Assembly: GCA_964016885.1 (NCBI GenBank)
Contig: OZ024744.1
Location: forward strand, 34,224,001 to 34,288,000
Length of the DNA: 64,000 nucleotides
Direction: 5' to 3'
From: Eledone cirrhosa
Lineage: Eukaryota
Made by a program: the position numbers and the translations under genes
Shown here: piece after piece, positions 1 through 11,494 of the stretch
Layout: each line of letters opens with the position of its first letter
Numbering within the stretch: position 1 is the first letter of the stretch
The notes under the pieces: model-generated
The model's input: only the letters and a program-made list of their open reading frames with translations
Database searches by the model: none
Told to the model about the DNA's origin: nothing

Positions 1-78
1 GTCATTGAGCAGGTGACCCTGCTTCCAGGACGATCCCAGGCCTCGAACATTTAAACATCCTACTCTTAATACGGCCAT
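1..78 (-). CDS. N-terminus of LINE ORF2 (apurinic-like endonuclease), runs off the window
   Basis: ATG at 78-76 followed by the LNVRGL motif; starts 32 nt after the ORF1 stop at 111. Confidence 0.75.
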   Translation of the reverse strand, partial: MAVLRVGCLNVRGLGSSWKQGHLLND

Positions 79-2268
79 GTTGGCAGGTTAAAAAGAGAGA
101 GAGGAAAGGTTTACTTACCTTCCGGGCTCTTGTGAAAGTCGGGTTGTTCGACTTCCATAGTTGGTGGGGTTTCTTTTGGGAACCCCTTTAAAAGTCTTGA
201 AGTTGGTTTTACGTTCGCGGTTCCTACGTCTCGAGGAAAGCTGTCTCGTATTTCTTTGAATATATCGAGCGACATTCGCACCAGAACCAAATCTTCCGGC
301 ACGCGAAATGTGCTCGATTTAAAAATTTCCACCACTTTTTCTATATTTTCACTTCGTGCTACGAGGGCCATCAGTTTCTTGTTGGCCCTCCTGACGAGCA
401 CGAAGTTTTGTATGTTTTGTTGGTGTGATTTTATTTGTTTGCGTGGCTGTGGTGGTGATGGTTTTGGTTGTGTTGTTTCGGTTGTGTCTGTGTTTGTTGT
501 GAGTGCGGTGTCTGTGGTTTCAGATGTTTGTGTGTATATTTGTTCTTGCGTCTGTTTAGGTTGTTTGTGTTTGGGGGATTCTGATGATGGTGATGGTGGT
601 GTTGATGTTGGTGTTATTGGAGAGATGTTTGCGTGGGTGGTGTCTGCGTTTTTTTATTGTGGGTGATTTTGTGCTTTGTTGAGTTTTTTTTTTCTTTTTG
701 TGTTTCCATTTTTGTATTTTGGGGGATTTGGGTTTTCCCTCATTTTAACTACTGGTAGATGAGGGGTCTGTGTCTGTAAGTGTTTCTGTATGTATGTTTA
801 TGGTATTATTGGTGTGTGTATTTTTTTGGGGGGGGGGGGTGCCCCCCCTGGGTGGTCAATGTTGGTGGTGGTCTTTCTATTGGTTTTGCCCGTGCTGGTG
901 TTGGTTGTGGTCCTCGCCCCGGCGTCGGCAGCTGTGGAGCCTTTCGACCCCTTGCCTCTTTCAGCAGTTGAGGGCAGAAGGCTCGCAAATGGGTTTTTTC
1001 TCCACAAATAAAACACTGCGGCCTTTTGCCTTCGGTCATAATGTGAATGACCGTCCCATTCTGAAGGCGGATGTGGTCCGGGATTATCTTCACATTCTCG
1101 GGCCTGATCTGGAGAAGGATCTCCAGGTCAACCCCGGACCAGTCCTCTATGGCCGTTCTGGTCACTTCTATGTATCCGTCACTTAGGTAACCGTCCCCTC
1201 CACAATCACACATCCCCGAAGCCACCACATGTCAAGTCCTGGTGGGATTCTGGGAATGCGGAGACGGGCCGTTCCTTTTCCCATGTGGGAGGGGTACATT
1301 AAGACCTTGCTGGTTTTGCAAGGAGTCATAGCGTGTTTCATAGCGAGGGCTTCTGACTTGAACAACACCGAAATGGTGCCGTACTGTCTGCCCCTCTCTA
1401 TGTACTGGGTGTCTTCTCTGATGCACCTCAGCGCGACTTCGACATCTGCTTGTGGGATTAAAGCTGCCCTTTTGGTTTGTGCTGAGATGCATCTATAATG
1501 CACCGTTTTGCGCTCCACTGCCTCAATAGCTTCTACCGGGACAGTTAAGTTGGCCCAGGTTTGCTCTAGCTTGATGAGCTTCCATGCCTGGGCCAACTTT
1601 TCATCTTTGTTTGAGAGGTCCATGTTAAAGCATGGCCTCTTTTTTTGCTGCTGCCGCAGCGAAAGTGTTCTTCTTGTTTTCGTTGGGGTGTTGTTGTCGT
1701 TGTCGTTGTTCTTGTTGGTGTTGTTGTTAGCACTGTCGCTGTTATCATTGTTGTCTTTGTTGCCACCGTTGTTCTCGGTGCAGTTGGTATTGTTGCTGTT
1801 GGTGTTGTCGCTATTTGTTTTCATGTTAGTGGTGTTGATATTGTTGTTGTATTTGTTTTTTTGTTTTTTTGTTATCTGTATTTTCGTTGTCGCTGTTACT
1901 GTCATTTTTTTCAAAATTAGTGTTCTTATTGGTATCATTGGTGTCTTTGTTTACATTGTTTGTGGTGGTGTTTGCGTTATCAATGTGTGTTAATTTCGCT
2001 GTAGCGCTCCTCTCAACTTCCACGTCGTTGTAGCACGACAGCAGACATATCGCTGGGGGGCGTGGCTCAGCCATGTTTTTTTTTTCTCCGTAAATTTTTT
2101 AACATGAAAAAAAAGTTCAAATATTTGGGCCAAAAGGCCCAAATATTATACTTTCCCCTTCACAGGGCTTATATCCCTTACACAACAAGAAATATTTAAC
2201 AACAAATAATTTGAACAGGCAAATAAAGCGACTTACTGGGAGCGAGCCAAAAAGACGTCCGAACAGAC
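1..2268 (-). mobile_element. 5' part of a Tx1/L1-type non-LTR retrotransposon (5'UTR, frameshifted ORF1, start of ORF2)
   Basis: The minus strand from ATG at 78 reads MAVLRVGCLNVRGLGSSWKQGHLLND, an APE endonuclease N-terminal motif (LNVRGL). ORF1 pieces 111-2074 include a CCHC knuckle CFICGEKTHLRAFC (ORF 806-1228) and Asn/Thr-rich tracts. The 5'UTR is homologous to 31389-31860. Confidence 0.85.
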
Positions 2269-4195
2269 AATAATAATAATATCAATAATAATAACAATAA
2301 TAATGCTTTCTTTATTAACCACAAGGGTTTACATAAAGTAGACATTAAGGACAGTACAGGACAATACAGGACCGCACAAATAGGCATTTCTGCGTGTAAA
2401 AAAAACAAAAACAGAGGATGTAACAACAAAATAACAATGAAAAATTCCCCAATAGGGCGGAGACTTCCGAGGGACATTTGTGGAGAAAGCCCATTAAAAG
2501 GCCACAGTGACCCTGACCACCAGCGCAAGTGCCCTCTCCCAGTTTTCCACCTTTAATTTACAGACACATACATACTCAGAGTAGGCCCATTCACTCGGGC
2601 CATTCTTGCCTCTCTCACCCATCTTTCAACAAAATGCTGGGAAGAGAGCACTTCCCTCTCTACCCTGATTTTCCTTTTCAAATGAAATTTGAAAAAGTTA
2701 ATCAGGGCATCACCGAAGAGGTAAGTGCTCGTCTTCAGCCCTTTCAAACGTGTCCACCATACTCTCTCTTTCGCTATGGCCCCAGACAGATAAAAACTGC
2801 CTGCCCTTCCCGGCTAAAGAAAGAGGGCGGGGCAACCCTCACGATGGACTCAGCTGATAGCTGGATCTGTCCTACACGTGACAGCAGGTGTTCGACATAA
2901 ACCCACAAGTCAGCAATGCTCGGACACTGGACGAGTGCGTGCAGGACGGTTTCGTCGCCCTGCGCGCATCTCGGACATGCCCGGCTGACGGCACCTCCAT
3001 GCCTGTAGAGTTTATCCCGAACTGGCAAAGCTCCTCGGTAGCACTGCCAGGCCATAGATTTCTGGAAGTTGTCCATAGGCCCCGGCCCGAAAGTCCTTCC
3101 GAAGAGATTAGCTAGTTCATTTTCGTCGACACCTAGAGTTTCCCCAAGTACGTCGTCGCTCTTCCCCTCCACTAATCCTCTATAGAACGCCAAGGTGGAG
3201 TTTCCACCGATCCTATTGCACGAGGGCTGTGAGCGCCTGAAGACATTCCAGTCTCCAAGCGCTCCCTCTCGGTTTTCGCTTGACCCGGGACTGCAGTTCC
3301 GTCAAGGAGACGAGCTGGGGTAGACGCGTCTAGCAAACGGCGACCACACCCGATCACCGTTGAGGAAGAGGTGGAGATGTCGTAGCCTGAGCGCGTGCAT
3401 GCGCATCATCAGCCACGGCATGCCCAGCCCTCCACGTAGCGGGGGTTGACAGCAGATGGACCCCCTGACCATCGGAGCGCGTCCCTTCCACAAAAAGCGA
3501 AAGAGCAAACGCTCCAGCGCAGTCAGGCGAGGCTTAGGATAAGGCACGACGGTCAGGCGGTAGTATATGACGGACGCGATGTACGCGTTAGCCACCTCTG
3601 CTTGACCTTTCATAGATAGCTTCCTCTCCGCCCATTTCTGGGTGAGAGAACCCACCCTGCTCGTCACCTCGTCCCAGTTTTTGTCCGTCTGGAGGTCCGG
3701 AATCGAACCAGAGCCTTAGTAATTTAACCGGTCCGTCTGTCCAGCGTCCGACGACGCCGTTGGACGGCATGGACCTGCCTCTCCAGGTGCCGAGCTGCAG
3801 GCCCACCGACTATTCCTGGTTGATCATTGCTCCTGTCACCGCTTCGTATTCTCTTACTGTAGTACCGATCGCCTCGATGTGTTTGGCGTTCGACACCACT
3901 ACGGTGACATCGTCCGCATATGCTGACACGGATCTTCCGCATCCTAGTTCGCGCGGGACTCCCTTCAACGTCTCCAGTTTGTGCAGTAATGGCTCGAGAG
4001 TCAATACGTACAAGAGGGACGAGAGGGGACATCCTTGGCGGACCGAGCGCATGATGTTGAACGGTTCCGAAAGGTGACCGTTCACTCTCACCACAGAGCA
4101 GATGTTGCTGTGTATGGCAGTGATCCAGCCTCTGAAGACGGGCCCAAAGCCAGCCGCCCTCAGGACTGCCGCTAGGTAACGATGGTCGACCCTAA
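2269..4195 (-). mobile_element. 3' half of a Tx1/L1-type LINE (RT, C-terminal CCHC, 3'UTR, (ATT)n tail), frameshifted
   Basis: RT motifs SVRQGCPLSSLLYVLTLEPLL and AYADDVTV; GGLGMP; C-terminal ALPVRDKL...CPRC...ETVLHALVQCP; (TAA)n tail on + at 2269-2303. Confidence 0.9.
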
Positions 4196-4628
4196 AACTC
4201 ACTTATACGTATGACATACACACACGCGCACACACACACATACATACGCGCGCATACACCAACACTCATACATACAAACAAACACATACACGCTACTCAC
4301 TTACACACACATATATATATATCCTGTCTGTCACGCATATATACACTATTTACAAGTACATACATATATACACATGCGCATAAACACTCGCACACGAACA
4401 TATACCTACAAGCATATATATGCATGTACTCCCCAAAACACATGCAAATATGTATATATATAATTTATATATATACACACAAACATACACATAAATACAC
4501 TTATGTACCCACATACGTACATATGCATATATTCATACAAGACACATACACATACACATACATATACACATATACATACATACATACATATATACATATA
4601 TCTGAGCAACGCCGGGTACCTCTGTTAG
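4196..4628 (+). mobile_element. CA/TA-rich insertion ending in a Helitron-like 3' terminus
   Basis: Ends with GAGCAACGCCGGG-tacctctgTTAG, sharing the subterminal motif of the Helitron end at 7973-8000; truncates the Tx1 RT. Confidence 0.5.
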
Positions 4629-5084
4629 TAAGGTAAGAGGTCACGGAATAGAGGTAGGGGGAGCTTTATGTCTGGGGCCAGGTGGTGTTTATGCTACAGT
4701 CAGTGGACAAAACTGCAAAGACATTTCCGCGGACAATGGCCACCCCACCTATCGGAGTTCAGCAATGCGCAGTCTGAGGACGCCCGAGTTCTTGGCGTCG
4801 ACCGGTCCAAAGAGGATGCGGCCGGACAAGTCCCGCTATTTACATGTCTTCCTATCCTCGCCATTGTGTGCCGAAATACCGGGGTTTGTGGCGGAGAACG
4901 TATTACAGCCTCTAGCGTCTCAGATGAGGGATTTACCTCCTTCGACTGAGAACGACCCTGAACTCAGCTGGCTTCCAATCACAACTGGAGCCAGCAAAGC
5001 TCTACCGTGGTTAAGGAAAGCGCCACGGCGGGATTACCTTCTTTTCATTCGAATGAGGTAAATCTCTCATCTGGAACGCCATAG

Positions 5085-6170
5085 TTGTCGTTGTTGTTAT
5101 TTGTGGTGTTGTTGTTGGTGCTATTGTTGTGGTTATTGTTGTTGTTGTTGGCGTTGTTGTTGATGTTGTTTGTGCTGGTGTTGTTGGCGTTGTTATCTGT
5201 GTTAGTGATGGTGGTAGTGGTGGTGGTGTTGGCGTTGTTGTTATCTGTGATAGTGATAGTGATGGTGGTGGTGGTGGTGTTGGTGGTAGTGGTGGTGGTG
5301 TTGTTGTTATCTGTGATAGTGATAGTGATGGTGGTGGTGTTGGTGGTAGTGGTGGTGGTGTTATTGGTGGTGGTGTTGTTGTTGGTGGTGTTGTTGATGT
5401 TGTTGGCGTTGTTGTTATCTGTGATAGTGATAGTGGTGGTGGTGGTGGTGGTAGTGGTGGTGGTGGTGGTGTTGGCGTTGTTGTTGATGTTGTTTGTGCT
5501 GGTGTTGTTGGCGTTGTTATCTGTGGTAGTGATGGTGGTAGTGGTGGTGGTGGTGGTGTTGGCGTTGTTGTTATCTGTGATAGTGATAGCGATGGTGGTA
5601 GTGGTGGTGGTGGTGGTGGTGGTGGTGTTGTTGCTATTGGCGTTGTTGATGTTTGTGCTGGTGTTGTTGGCGTTGTTATCTGTGGTAGTGATGGTGGTAG
5701 TGGTGGTGGTGGCGGTGGTGGTGGTGGTGTTGGCGTTGTTGTTATCTGTGATACTGATAGTGATGGTGGTGGTGGTGGTGGTGTTGGTGGTAGTGGTGGT
5801 GGTGTTGTTGTTGGTGGTGTTGTTGGTGGTGTTGTTGGTGGTGTTGTTGGCGTTGTTGGCGTTGTTGTTATCTGTGATAGTGATAGTGGTAGTGGTGGTG
5901 GTGGTGGTGGTGGTATTGTTGTTGGTGTTGGCGTTGTTGTTGATGTTGTTTGTGCTGGTGTTGCTGATGTTGTTTTTGGTGGTGGTGGTGTTGACGTTGT
6001 TTATGGTGGTGATGGTGGTAGTGATGTTGTTGTTGTTGTTGTCTGTGGTGGTGGTGTTGCTGTTGTTGTTAGTGGTGGTGGTAGTGTTTTTGTTGTTGTT
6101 GTGTTCTATGTGGTGTTGTAGTTATTAGTGGTGGTTTTACTGTTGTTGTTATTGTTGATGTTAGTGCTGG
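5085..6170. repeat. Compound (GGT)n/(GTT)n trinucleotide minisatellite
   Basis: Recurrent blocks such as GTTGGCGTTGTTGTTATCTGTGATAGTGATAGTGATGGTGGT; the Val/Leu and Gly/Val ORFs are by-products. Confidence 0.9.
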
Positions 6171-7188
6171 TTGTTTAGCTGCAAGTCAATTAAGAACGAG
6201 AGTACCTTAAAAGGTGTCCTAACTGAACATAAAGTGTGTCCCCCACCCGAAAAGCAGTGGATTCGGCTGCTATTTCTAGCAAGTGGACCATCTCATTCAC
6301 TAGACTGAGACAAATTTCTATATTAAAACAGAACGCCCAGATATTTGAAGTGAAACTAGGTTAGTAGTTGTTGTTGAAAATAAACAGGACAGAATAGTTA
6401 ATGTCTGTTAGATATAAAATTTACTTCACTTCAGTTAGAAAAGGAATATGATTACTACTAATCATAAAAGTACAATGTTGTATGTAAACATTCGTAAATG
6501 AATACCGTGTTGTTGAAGTTTTGTTGAAGATAATTTGTTTTATGTTTTATGCTGAAATAGAAGGTGGCAGGCTATCGTCCGTCATTACTATCATCTAGGA
6601 AGTTAAAAGCCAAGTGACCAGGGAAGGTGTCGTCTCTTTTGTAACAGAAAATTCTCTCTCTGTCCTCGTTCCATGACAGCCTAGTTATCGAACGCTGGTT
6701 ATTTTTGTTCAAAGGTGGTTGACCTCCCGCTGCGTTCTCTTTCATAGGAATGGCCATGTCAGTGAGAGGAAACACTGGAACATTTCATTAGCTACACACC
6801 ATCATCAATTCAAGGGAATTAATTTGAAAAATGTAGGGGAAATAACTTCCATTTGACATTACGTTCTCTGTTGGCGTTATTGTTGATGTTGGTGATGGTG
6901 GTAGTGTTGTTGTTGTCAGTATTCCATATTGGTCGGCCTATTGGACGTTCCCTCTTTTTTTTATTATATTGTACGTTATATTTTGACGTTTATAGGGATT
7001 TTTATGAACCACGTTCAATATTCGCGGTTTTCCACTCTTCGCGGGTGCTCTAGGAACGTAACGCCCGCGAATATTGGGGGACAAATTTATATTGACAAAT
7101 AACTGGTCAGAAAGAAACAGACATACATATACATAAACAGCGGTCGTCAATTGCTGGTCCGATAGAAAAAATTTAGATATTTGCAATT

Positions 7189-8000
7189 TCTAATATAAAA
7201 CTGTGGTTGTCTGTCTGTCTATCGATTTTTGGCACACATCTCCTCTTAGAATCTCTGACGGAATTGCACCGAAATTGCTATACTTGTACATTGAGCCCTA
7301 GCGAAGACATCGGAAAAAAAATATTTCAAATTGACCCACCCTATGTGACGAAATCGAATATAATGTATCGATTTTTGAGCGTAAGTTATCAGTTATTTCC
7401 CTTTGTTCTGTTTACATTGAGCGTCTTACGTAAAAAATTACGCTGGCTTTCTCAGCGTTTAAAATGACATTAACACAATACACGAACAGTTGTCGAGCCA
7501 GCAAAATATTGACCTGCAAAATTCATCAGTTCGAACACTAAGCTTCCGTTTTGCTTCATTTCCATTTAAAAGCATTTTAAAACAATATTTTTACTTGAAA
7601 ACAAGTCTATTTAAAGACTACGTAAAACAAGCAAATATTTCAGGCGTGCAGACAGACAGTCGTGCAGAGAGGTGATATAGGCGTGCAGACAGACATAACT
7701 GATAATTTGGTTACGCTAATGTTTTTCTCTGCGTTGCAATGTTTACATTTTCGATCTTTGTTAATAAATAACCAGTGCAGTTTTTATCCCCAGCATCCTC
7801 TTTTGTTATAACATTGGGGTTATCGTTATGTTTTCTTAACTTCATAAGGCATATTGTTGGTTGAGGGAATATTAATCAAAAACACCACATGCAAGTCTGC
7901 ACAGTAGACACTACAGTTTTTAAGCCAAAAAAGAAACTTAACATTGTAACTTTAACACAGCTACTGAGCGACCCCGAGCAACGCCGGGCTTTACTGCTAG
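7189..8000 (+). mobile_element. Non-autonomous Helitron-like element
   Basis: 5' TC-TAATATAAAA followed by (TGTC)n; 3' GC-rich hairpin CCCGAGCAACGCCGGG about 8 nt before terminal CTAG (7997-8000), next base T; no TSD. Confidence 0.7.
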
Positions 8001-8039
8001 TTAATAATAAAACAAAAGTAACATTCAGTTAAAACATAC

Positions 8040-8750
8040 TTTATAATCCCACTAAAAATGTTTCTCCTCAGTAAAGAACTAACTACGTGTTCTGAGAATT
8101 AATCCAATGATGCCATGGAACTTTCGAAACTTGGAAGACACTTGCAATGAAAACACCCGGATTTAGTTAAGTAATCACTTGAATATTTTCAAAGAATGTG
8201 TGAATATATGTAGAAGGACGGAAGCGCTTTAACAAAAATGACTGCTAAAGACAAGTCTTTATTAAAGGGTTCTTATCTGATAGCACTTCAGGTCACGTAA
8301 AATAAAAAGCCGTATACGATTGGAGAAGAATTAATTGAAGAGATGGCTGAAGAAATTGAAAATCAAGTTATAAAAATGGTGAAACATTCAACATTTTATC
8401 TAATTCAACTTGACGAATTAACAGACGTAAGTAACAAGGCACTTCTCCTTTGTTTTGTGAGGGTTGGGTGTGAAGGAGAGTTAAAGGAAGAACTACTTTG
8501 TTCGCTTAACTTGAAGGGTTGAACAACTAGCACTGAGAATTTTGAAGTACTTAATAGTTATTTCCTGAAACATGGAATTGAATGGAAAAATATATTGAGA
8601 TATTTACAGACGGTACCGCAAACATGACTGGACATCTTTCAGGAATAGTTGCAAAGGTGAAAAATGTTGGTGACCCTGACATTTTGTCTACACACTGCAT
8701 AATACATCGTGAGCAACTTGCAGGGGAAAATGTCCCCAGAACTACACGAA
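8040..8750 (+). pseudogene. Decayed hAT (Buster/Charlie-like) transposase fragment
   Basis: Broken motifs KKPYTIGEELI, IQLDELTDVSNKALLLCFVR, TDGTANMTG and THCIIHREQLA, with stops and frameshifts. Confidence 0.8.
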
Positions 8751-9057
8751 GTATAGGTGGGATGATCTCCAGTCCGAGGAGCTGGGATGATTAGCTGAAG
8801 GTCCCCAACTACTGACTTAGCCGAGCCAATCATGGTCGTGTTTTTCAGGTACCAACACTTGAAGGGTGACCGGACAACGAACGACGTGGTCAACTGCAAG
8901 TCCAAATCTATATTACTTAATTATATACATTTCAAATAAATAGTTGTCATACAATTTAGCCTGATATTTCAGTTATTCTCTGAAAACCAGTCCTTAGGTA
9001 ATTAGTACCCCAGCTTGGCCGTAAAATACAGGTCACAACTGAAATATAGCTCAGAGT

Positions 9058-10110
9058 AGGTATACAAGGTAGAATGTGACAAGTGTAAGACTTCTACATC
9101 AGTAGCACCATCTGGCCACTGCATGCCTGTATTCCGTCGCTAACACTATGACAATGGGCCTTCCGTCTTTGTTTCTGCATTTGATTATATGTTTCCGGAA
9201 AGACAAGGCCCTAGTGTTGATGTGTTCCTTGATCCAGGCATGCAGTGACCAGATGGTGCTACTGATGTAGAAGTCGTTACACTTGTCACATTCTACCTTG
9301 TATACGACGTACGTGCGTAAGCAACAGTTCCTCTGGCACATCGGACAGATGCTGAGGGAACACGCGTCAGCCAATTTTTCGGGTTTCCTGGAGAGGCGTC
9401 TCCGTTGATAAGTGTAAGATTTCTACATCAGTAGCACCATCTGGCCACTGCATGCCTGGATCAAGGAGCACATCAATACTAGGGCCTTGACTTTCCGGAA
9501 ACATATAATTAAATTCAGAAACAAAGACGGAAGGCCCATTGTCATAGTGTTAGCGACGGAACACAACGTCAGCTCTTTAAGAATCTAGGAAGGACTTTGG
9601 ATCAAATGCCTCGGACTACAAATAAATAACCGATCCGAGAGAAGTGAGGCGAGATGGCTGGTGTAACAAATGAAACAACAACAACACACATACACAGCAG
9701 CAATCGAGAGATTGTTATTGTGTATATATCGTGTCCACCACCCACCGACTAACAGACAACAATCAAGCAGACTACCAATACCAACACCACACCTCCCAGT
9801 ATAAAAGATTGAATATAAGAAATTGACAGCGAAGGTGTGTACACACTGACACATCACCACCCCACTAATCTGGTATAGACGAACTGCCTCAACCTTTGTC
9901 TGACCGCAGCTATTCTGCACTCACGCGCATCCCACAGAGTAGTTCAGTTGTACACACACGATAAACAACAGAAGCCACGTGTTGTCCCTCTCCGACAAAA
10001 GAAAAACATTTCCCCCCCCCAGAAAACCCCCAGTTGATGTATGCGAAATCCGAAATAAAGGGACAATTAAATCACTTCCAAGGTAACTTTATCTCGTGTT
10101 AATATTTTTA
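9058..10110 (+). mobile_element. Penelope-like 3' fragment (GIY-YIG) with internal inverted duplication
   Basis: VVYKVECDKCNDFYISST...IKEH is present on minus (9131-9310) and again on plus (9058-9130, 9409-9660), followed by a C/A-rich 3'UTR. Confidence 0.65.
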
Positions 10111-10394
10111 TACTCTTTCCTACGTTCTACATCCTCTACGTCTCATTCTTTTTTTTATGTGAGGTAAAGCCTTTATTGTGAAAATACAATAGTATATATA
10201 TAGAGGAATTAATTCTTTTGGTATGCAGTACAACGGGAGGATAGCAAAACACAGAATACATATGACAGCCTTTCGACTAAAATAATAAGGATGTCGAAAC
10301 AACGTAAGTACACACCAGCAATATATATCAGTGCAGAAGTAAATGATAAAGTAGAAAATCAAACTTTCCAGTTGTTGTCTTCCTGTATCTTCTA

Positions 10395-10811
10395 CAACAA
10401 CTACAACGGTACGCGATGGGGCCCACCCACAGTCCCGGCGATCAGAAGGGAGAAGGCGTTTCTCCGGAGGACGGCAAGGGAGACGCACTGGAAAAGCCAC
10501 TCCTATTCGCAGGGCTCACACATGTGGTTGGCCAGCTCAGCGCCTATGGTGGTGTGTAAGGAGGTGGCCCTGGGGCCGAGGACACCAGAAATCTCCACTG
10601 GCAGGGGTACGACCGCAAACATGTCGGAGAGCGACCGGTGTATGAGGAGTTTGTCCCCCTCAGTCTGACGGGCAGCAGAACTTGGGTCAGTCGCAGACTG
10701 CACCAGGTTGCGACTGCAGAAAGTAACGATGCAAGTTGCATCCCAGACGAGGGGTTTGCCACCGCGGAACGGGAAGATGGTCATGCCATCTGGCCTTTTG
10801 CCGTCCCACAA

Positions 10812-10812
<1 letters not shown>
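10395..10812 (-). mobile_element. CRE-type (restriction-like endonuclease) non-LTR retrotransposon 3' fragment
   Basis: DGKRPDGMTIFPFRGGKPLVWDAT...VPLPVEISGVLGP...EWLFQCVSLAVLRRNAFS. Confidence 0.75.
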
Positions 10813-10855
<43 letters not shown>

Positions 10856-10864
10856 GATATTAAT

Positions 10865-11051
10865 TGTTTCTACTTTAGGCACAAGGCCAGCAATTACCCA
10901 GTGCATTACTGGTACTTTATTTTATCGACCCCGTAAGGATGAAAGGCAAAGTCAACCTCGGCGGGATTTGAACTCAGATCGTAAAGGGACGTAACTATGC
11001 TGGAAAGCATGGCGTCCGACCCTCTACCGATACTGCCAATCCACCGCCCTT
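10865..11051 (-). mobile_element. tRNA-derived SINE (dominant family) with 12-bp TSD
   Basis: B-box GAGTTCAAATCC; core GCCTTTCATCCTTACGGGGTCGATAAAATAAAGTACCAG; TSD TACGATATTAAT at 10853-10864 and 11052-11063. Confidence 0.9.
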
Positions 11052-11442
11052 TACGATATTAATAAATGGAAACTATATTTATAAAACCATATTTATTTCA
11101 TTATACATATTTCAGGGATACCACATTAAATTATGGTATGCCTTCATCAGACAAAATACAATATATAACAGTTTTACAAATAGCTTTGACGTACCCTTTT
11201 AAAATACAACCATTAGTTTTGGAGGCTGTCTGGATAGTGATTTGTTTACATTGTTTTAATAAGTCATAGTGTTAAGCACAATTAGAAAAAGACGGAGAGA
11301 AAGAAAAAGAAAAAGACGTTTTATAAATATAGTTTCCATTTATTAATATCGTATATCTACTCCAAAAACTTGTCGAGTGCTTTATATCAGTTATAAAAAT
11401 ATTTACTTGTTGTATCCCAACAACTTTAAATAGAACTTTTGC
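11052..11442 (-). mobile_element. Non-coding hammerhead-bearing Penelope-type terminal element (family A)
   Basis: Homologous to 16225-17166; short inverted repeat 11052-11087/11319-11354; (TA)n flanks. Confidence 0.7.
11094..11158 (-). ncRNA. Type I hammerhead ribozyme (family A)
   Basis: Minus: TATTTTGT-CTGATGA-aggcataccata..tgtggtatccct-GAAA-tatgt-ATA-ATGAAATA. Confidence 0.7.
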
Positions 11443-11494
11443 ATATATATATATATATATAAATATACATATATATACATATATATATATATAC

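Noticed and set aside
4660-5080. GC-richer segment with 93-98 aa ORFs
   Set aside because: No recognisable motif; probably a TE fragment, but I cannot assign it.
5085-6128. 347-aa Val/Leu-rich and 330-aa Gly/Val-rich ORFs
   Set aside because: Translation artefacts of GGT/GTT trinucleotide repeats.
10865-11051. tRNA-like A/B boxes in about a dozen copies across the window
   Set aside because: These are SINE heads joined to a shared core and tail, some with TSDs, not tRNA genes.
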